64,000 bases of DNA from NCBI GenBank assembly GCA_963704535.1, contig OY969916.1:3830841-3894840 (forward strand), given 5' to 3'. The DNA comes from an uncultured Chloroflexia bacterium (GTDB lineage: Bacteria > Chloroflexota > Chloroflexia > Chloroflexales > Roseiflexaceae). A program made the position numbers and the translations under genes. The stretch's first letter is position 1, and the number at the start of each line of letters is the position of its first letter. The notes below the pieces were generated by a model. The model saw only the letters and a program-made list of their open reading frames with translations, had not been told where the DNA came from and did no database searches. Shown here one piece after another: positions 61,825-64,000 of the stretch.

Positions 61825-61942
61825 GGCAAGGTTTCGGGCGGCGCCATTCTCCTTTATACTGTGAGTGGGAGAGACTGAGGGGGCTGCCCCCTCAAACCCC
61901 CTTTTTCCCAGAATTGCAAAGCTCCCAAGAACCTTGTCTTAC
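61825..61942. repeat. MITE-like element (full copy)
   Basis: It has the TIRs GGCAAGGTTT / AACCTTGTCTTA and the core GGGAGAGACTGAGGGGGCTGCCCCCTCAAACCCCCTTTTTCC. An AGGAGG RBS lies immediately downstream. Confidence 0.55.
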
Positions 61943-61956
61943 GCAGGAGGCTACCC

Positions 61957-64000
61957 CATGACCCGCACTGTTCGCGCCCTGACCCGTTCCATTATGGCGC
62001 TGGTCACTGTGCTGACGCTGGCGGCGACGCTGGCGCAACCGGCACCGATGCTACGCGCTCAGGAAGACACACCGCCGACCCCACCAAGCCCCACGGTTTC
62101 GGTTGCCGATCAATCCGCATCGTCTGAGCCTTACATCAGGGTCAAAAATCCTGATGGGACGATGGGCGATGATCAGCCAGAGCCTTCTATTCCCCCACCT
62201 GAAGCTACACCTGAGAATGTGGCGGCGGAGCCACAGGTGCAGGCAGCCCCCGCGACTGGCCCCAACAATGCCGCAGCCGCGCCGCAGCTTCTAGTGGCGC
62301 CGCAAGCCGGCACGCCGATCACCCCGTTCCTAGTCAATGTCGTATCTAAGTCGACGGCGCAGTCGGGGACCGACCTGACCTACACGATCTTTTTTACGAA
62401 CACCGGCAGCACCACTTATCAGAACGTGTGGCTACAGAATAACCTGGGCGTCGATGAGTACTTTCTCAACTGCCTAGGCAGTGATCTAAGCACGTGCCCG
62501 TTTACTTACAGCGGCGATTTGTACGCTGACCCCAATCAGAAACCGACGTTGCTAAGTGTCAACCCCGGCGGCCAGTACGACAGCAACCGCGAGTTTATCT
62601 GGAGTCTTGGCACCGTCGCTCCGGGAAAGAAGGGCCGGATCAGCTACACGCTACGTATCAGCCACGACAACTACCCACGAGCGGGGCAGCCGGTGCGGCT
62701 GCTGGGCAATACCGTGGCGCTGTACAAGGATGGCGCAATCAACACGGCCAATAAGTTGAACGAGGACCAGTGGGCTGTGCTGATCGTCGGGCCGGTCTTC
62801 TATACCACCAAGACCGCGTCGAAGTCGCAGGTGCTCCAGGGAGATGAGATCCTGTACGAGATTACCGTCGGCAACGCCACCGGCCCGAATGATAAGCCGA
62901 ATGGCAAGATCCGCTCGGATGCCCGCACGGCAACCAAGATCAAGGTGATCGACAGAGTTCCACTCAAGCTTGATCCGGCCACGATCGTCTTTCAAAGCAG
63001 CCCGGCGGGAACATATAACCCAGCCGACGGCTGGATCACCTGGGACCTGGGGAGTGCAACGCTCGCACCTGACACGTCGATTAAGCTGAGTTTTACCGCT
63101 AAGGTCAGGAGCGATAACCAGCTTACCGAGTGTGAAAACGTCATTAACGAGGAGGTTTTCGCGACCAGCGATGAGATTCCACGCGCCTTCGGCAGCAACG
63201 ATGTCCGGTACATCAGGGGCGAGATCCCTGCGGTGTCGTTCATCTACCCGCCAGTGGCCCTGGCCGTGGGGCATAATCCCGGCTCGATCTACGTCCAGGA
63301 GACCGCGACCTGGTCGATTATCGTGAGTAACTACTGGAAGACGGCGATCAACGGCGCGGAGGTGCAGTGGTATGTGCCGGAGAACTTTACCTACGTCAGC
63401 AGCAACCCGCCGGGGGAGTACGATGCCATAAACAAGAAAGTGATCTGGAGAAACCGGAACTTGCCGGTCAAGGCCAGTTTCTCCACTCCAGGGCAGATCC
63501 AGCTCAATGTGACCGGGCGAGCCGGTCGATCGATCGACGGCGCGAAAAATAAAAGCTACACCTTGGTCACCGTGCCCCCTGATGTGCCCAGTGGGTGTCT
63601 GCGCGGCATCGAAGACGGCATCGCCGTCGAGCCGCTGCTGTCGGCGTTCAAGACAGTCGATGCGACGACGTGGAAATTGGCGGGCACGACCGTGGTCTAC
63701 ACCGTCGATCTCTACAATAAGGGATCGCAGGCGATGAACGACGTGGCCCTGGAAGATTGGTTGCCGTCGCCGCGCCTCATTCCATTTACCTTTCAATCGA
63801 TGGTAAACGGCGGCGGCCCACCACCGGCGAGTATTAGTCCCGCAAATCCAGTGTACGGCGATCGGCAGAAGGTACGCTGGGAGGGTTTGACGATCCCGGG
63901 CGGCACGATCTCAAACCCCAGCAAGACGACCCTGCGCTTTATCGTCAAAGTGGATGGCATTCCTGGGGACTGTTCCGACAACATCGTTTATCCCGACAGC
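61957..64000 (+). CDS. Secreted DUF11-repeat (conserved repeat domain) cell-surface protein, partial; continues beyond the window end
   Basis: It starts MTRTVRALTRSIMALVTVLTLAATLAQPAPM, a signal peptide. Repeated ~110-aa units read ...GD.I.Y.I...N.G...A..V.L.D.LP... . The frame is open to position 64000. The antisense ORF 62651..63796 is an artefact. Confidence 0.6.

Noticed and set aside
62651-63796. 381-aa minus-strand ORF
   Set aside because: It is antisense to the DUF11 surface-protein gene, which has a signal peptide, an RBS and repeat-domain structure. The antisense translation is Arg/Gly-rich with no motifs.

Overview
High-GC, IS-rich bacterial chromosome segment. The signalling and DUF11 content resembles Chloroflexota; this is an inference, not a database hit. 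The window has three parts.

(1) 1..2461: a partial radical-SAM gene, then the 5' 410 codons of a flotillin/SPFH gene.

(2) ~2462..34075: a ~31.6 kb integrated element that appears to have been inserted by a large serine recombinase (2451..4094) into the flotillin gene. The 3' 282 codons of that gene resume at 34064. The element is a mosaic. It carries a plasmid-like module (T4CP-like ATPase plus a Replic_Relax protein) and a DUF2958-like protein. It also holds an IS-disrupted Mrr-like nuclease with a 912-aa partner, and an IS-split NACHT NTPase. A XerC-like recombinase and AT-rich cargo encoding small secreted proteins are present as well. There are at least seven IS copies, including an IS701-family element nested inside an IS5/IS427-group element. 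The element also carries a full-length, ~95 % identical paralog of the very flotillin gene it interrupts, and a VOC/glyoxalase gene.

(3) 34.9..64 kb: core genes. A Ser/Thr kinase with TPR, fabF, rnc, an RmlD-like reductase and a HEAT-repeat protein are followed by an Opp/Dpp-type ABC transporter. Then comes a minus-strand signalling operon: V4R, a hexapeptide-repeat protein, REC-GGDEF(degenerate), a giant 3381-aa multi-GAF histidine kinase, REC and an α/β-hydrolase. A membrane protein and a partial secreted DUF11-repeat protein close the window. Several core genes carry frameshifts or an in-frame stop. A MITE/REP-like palindromic repeat family occupies intergenic spacers.
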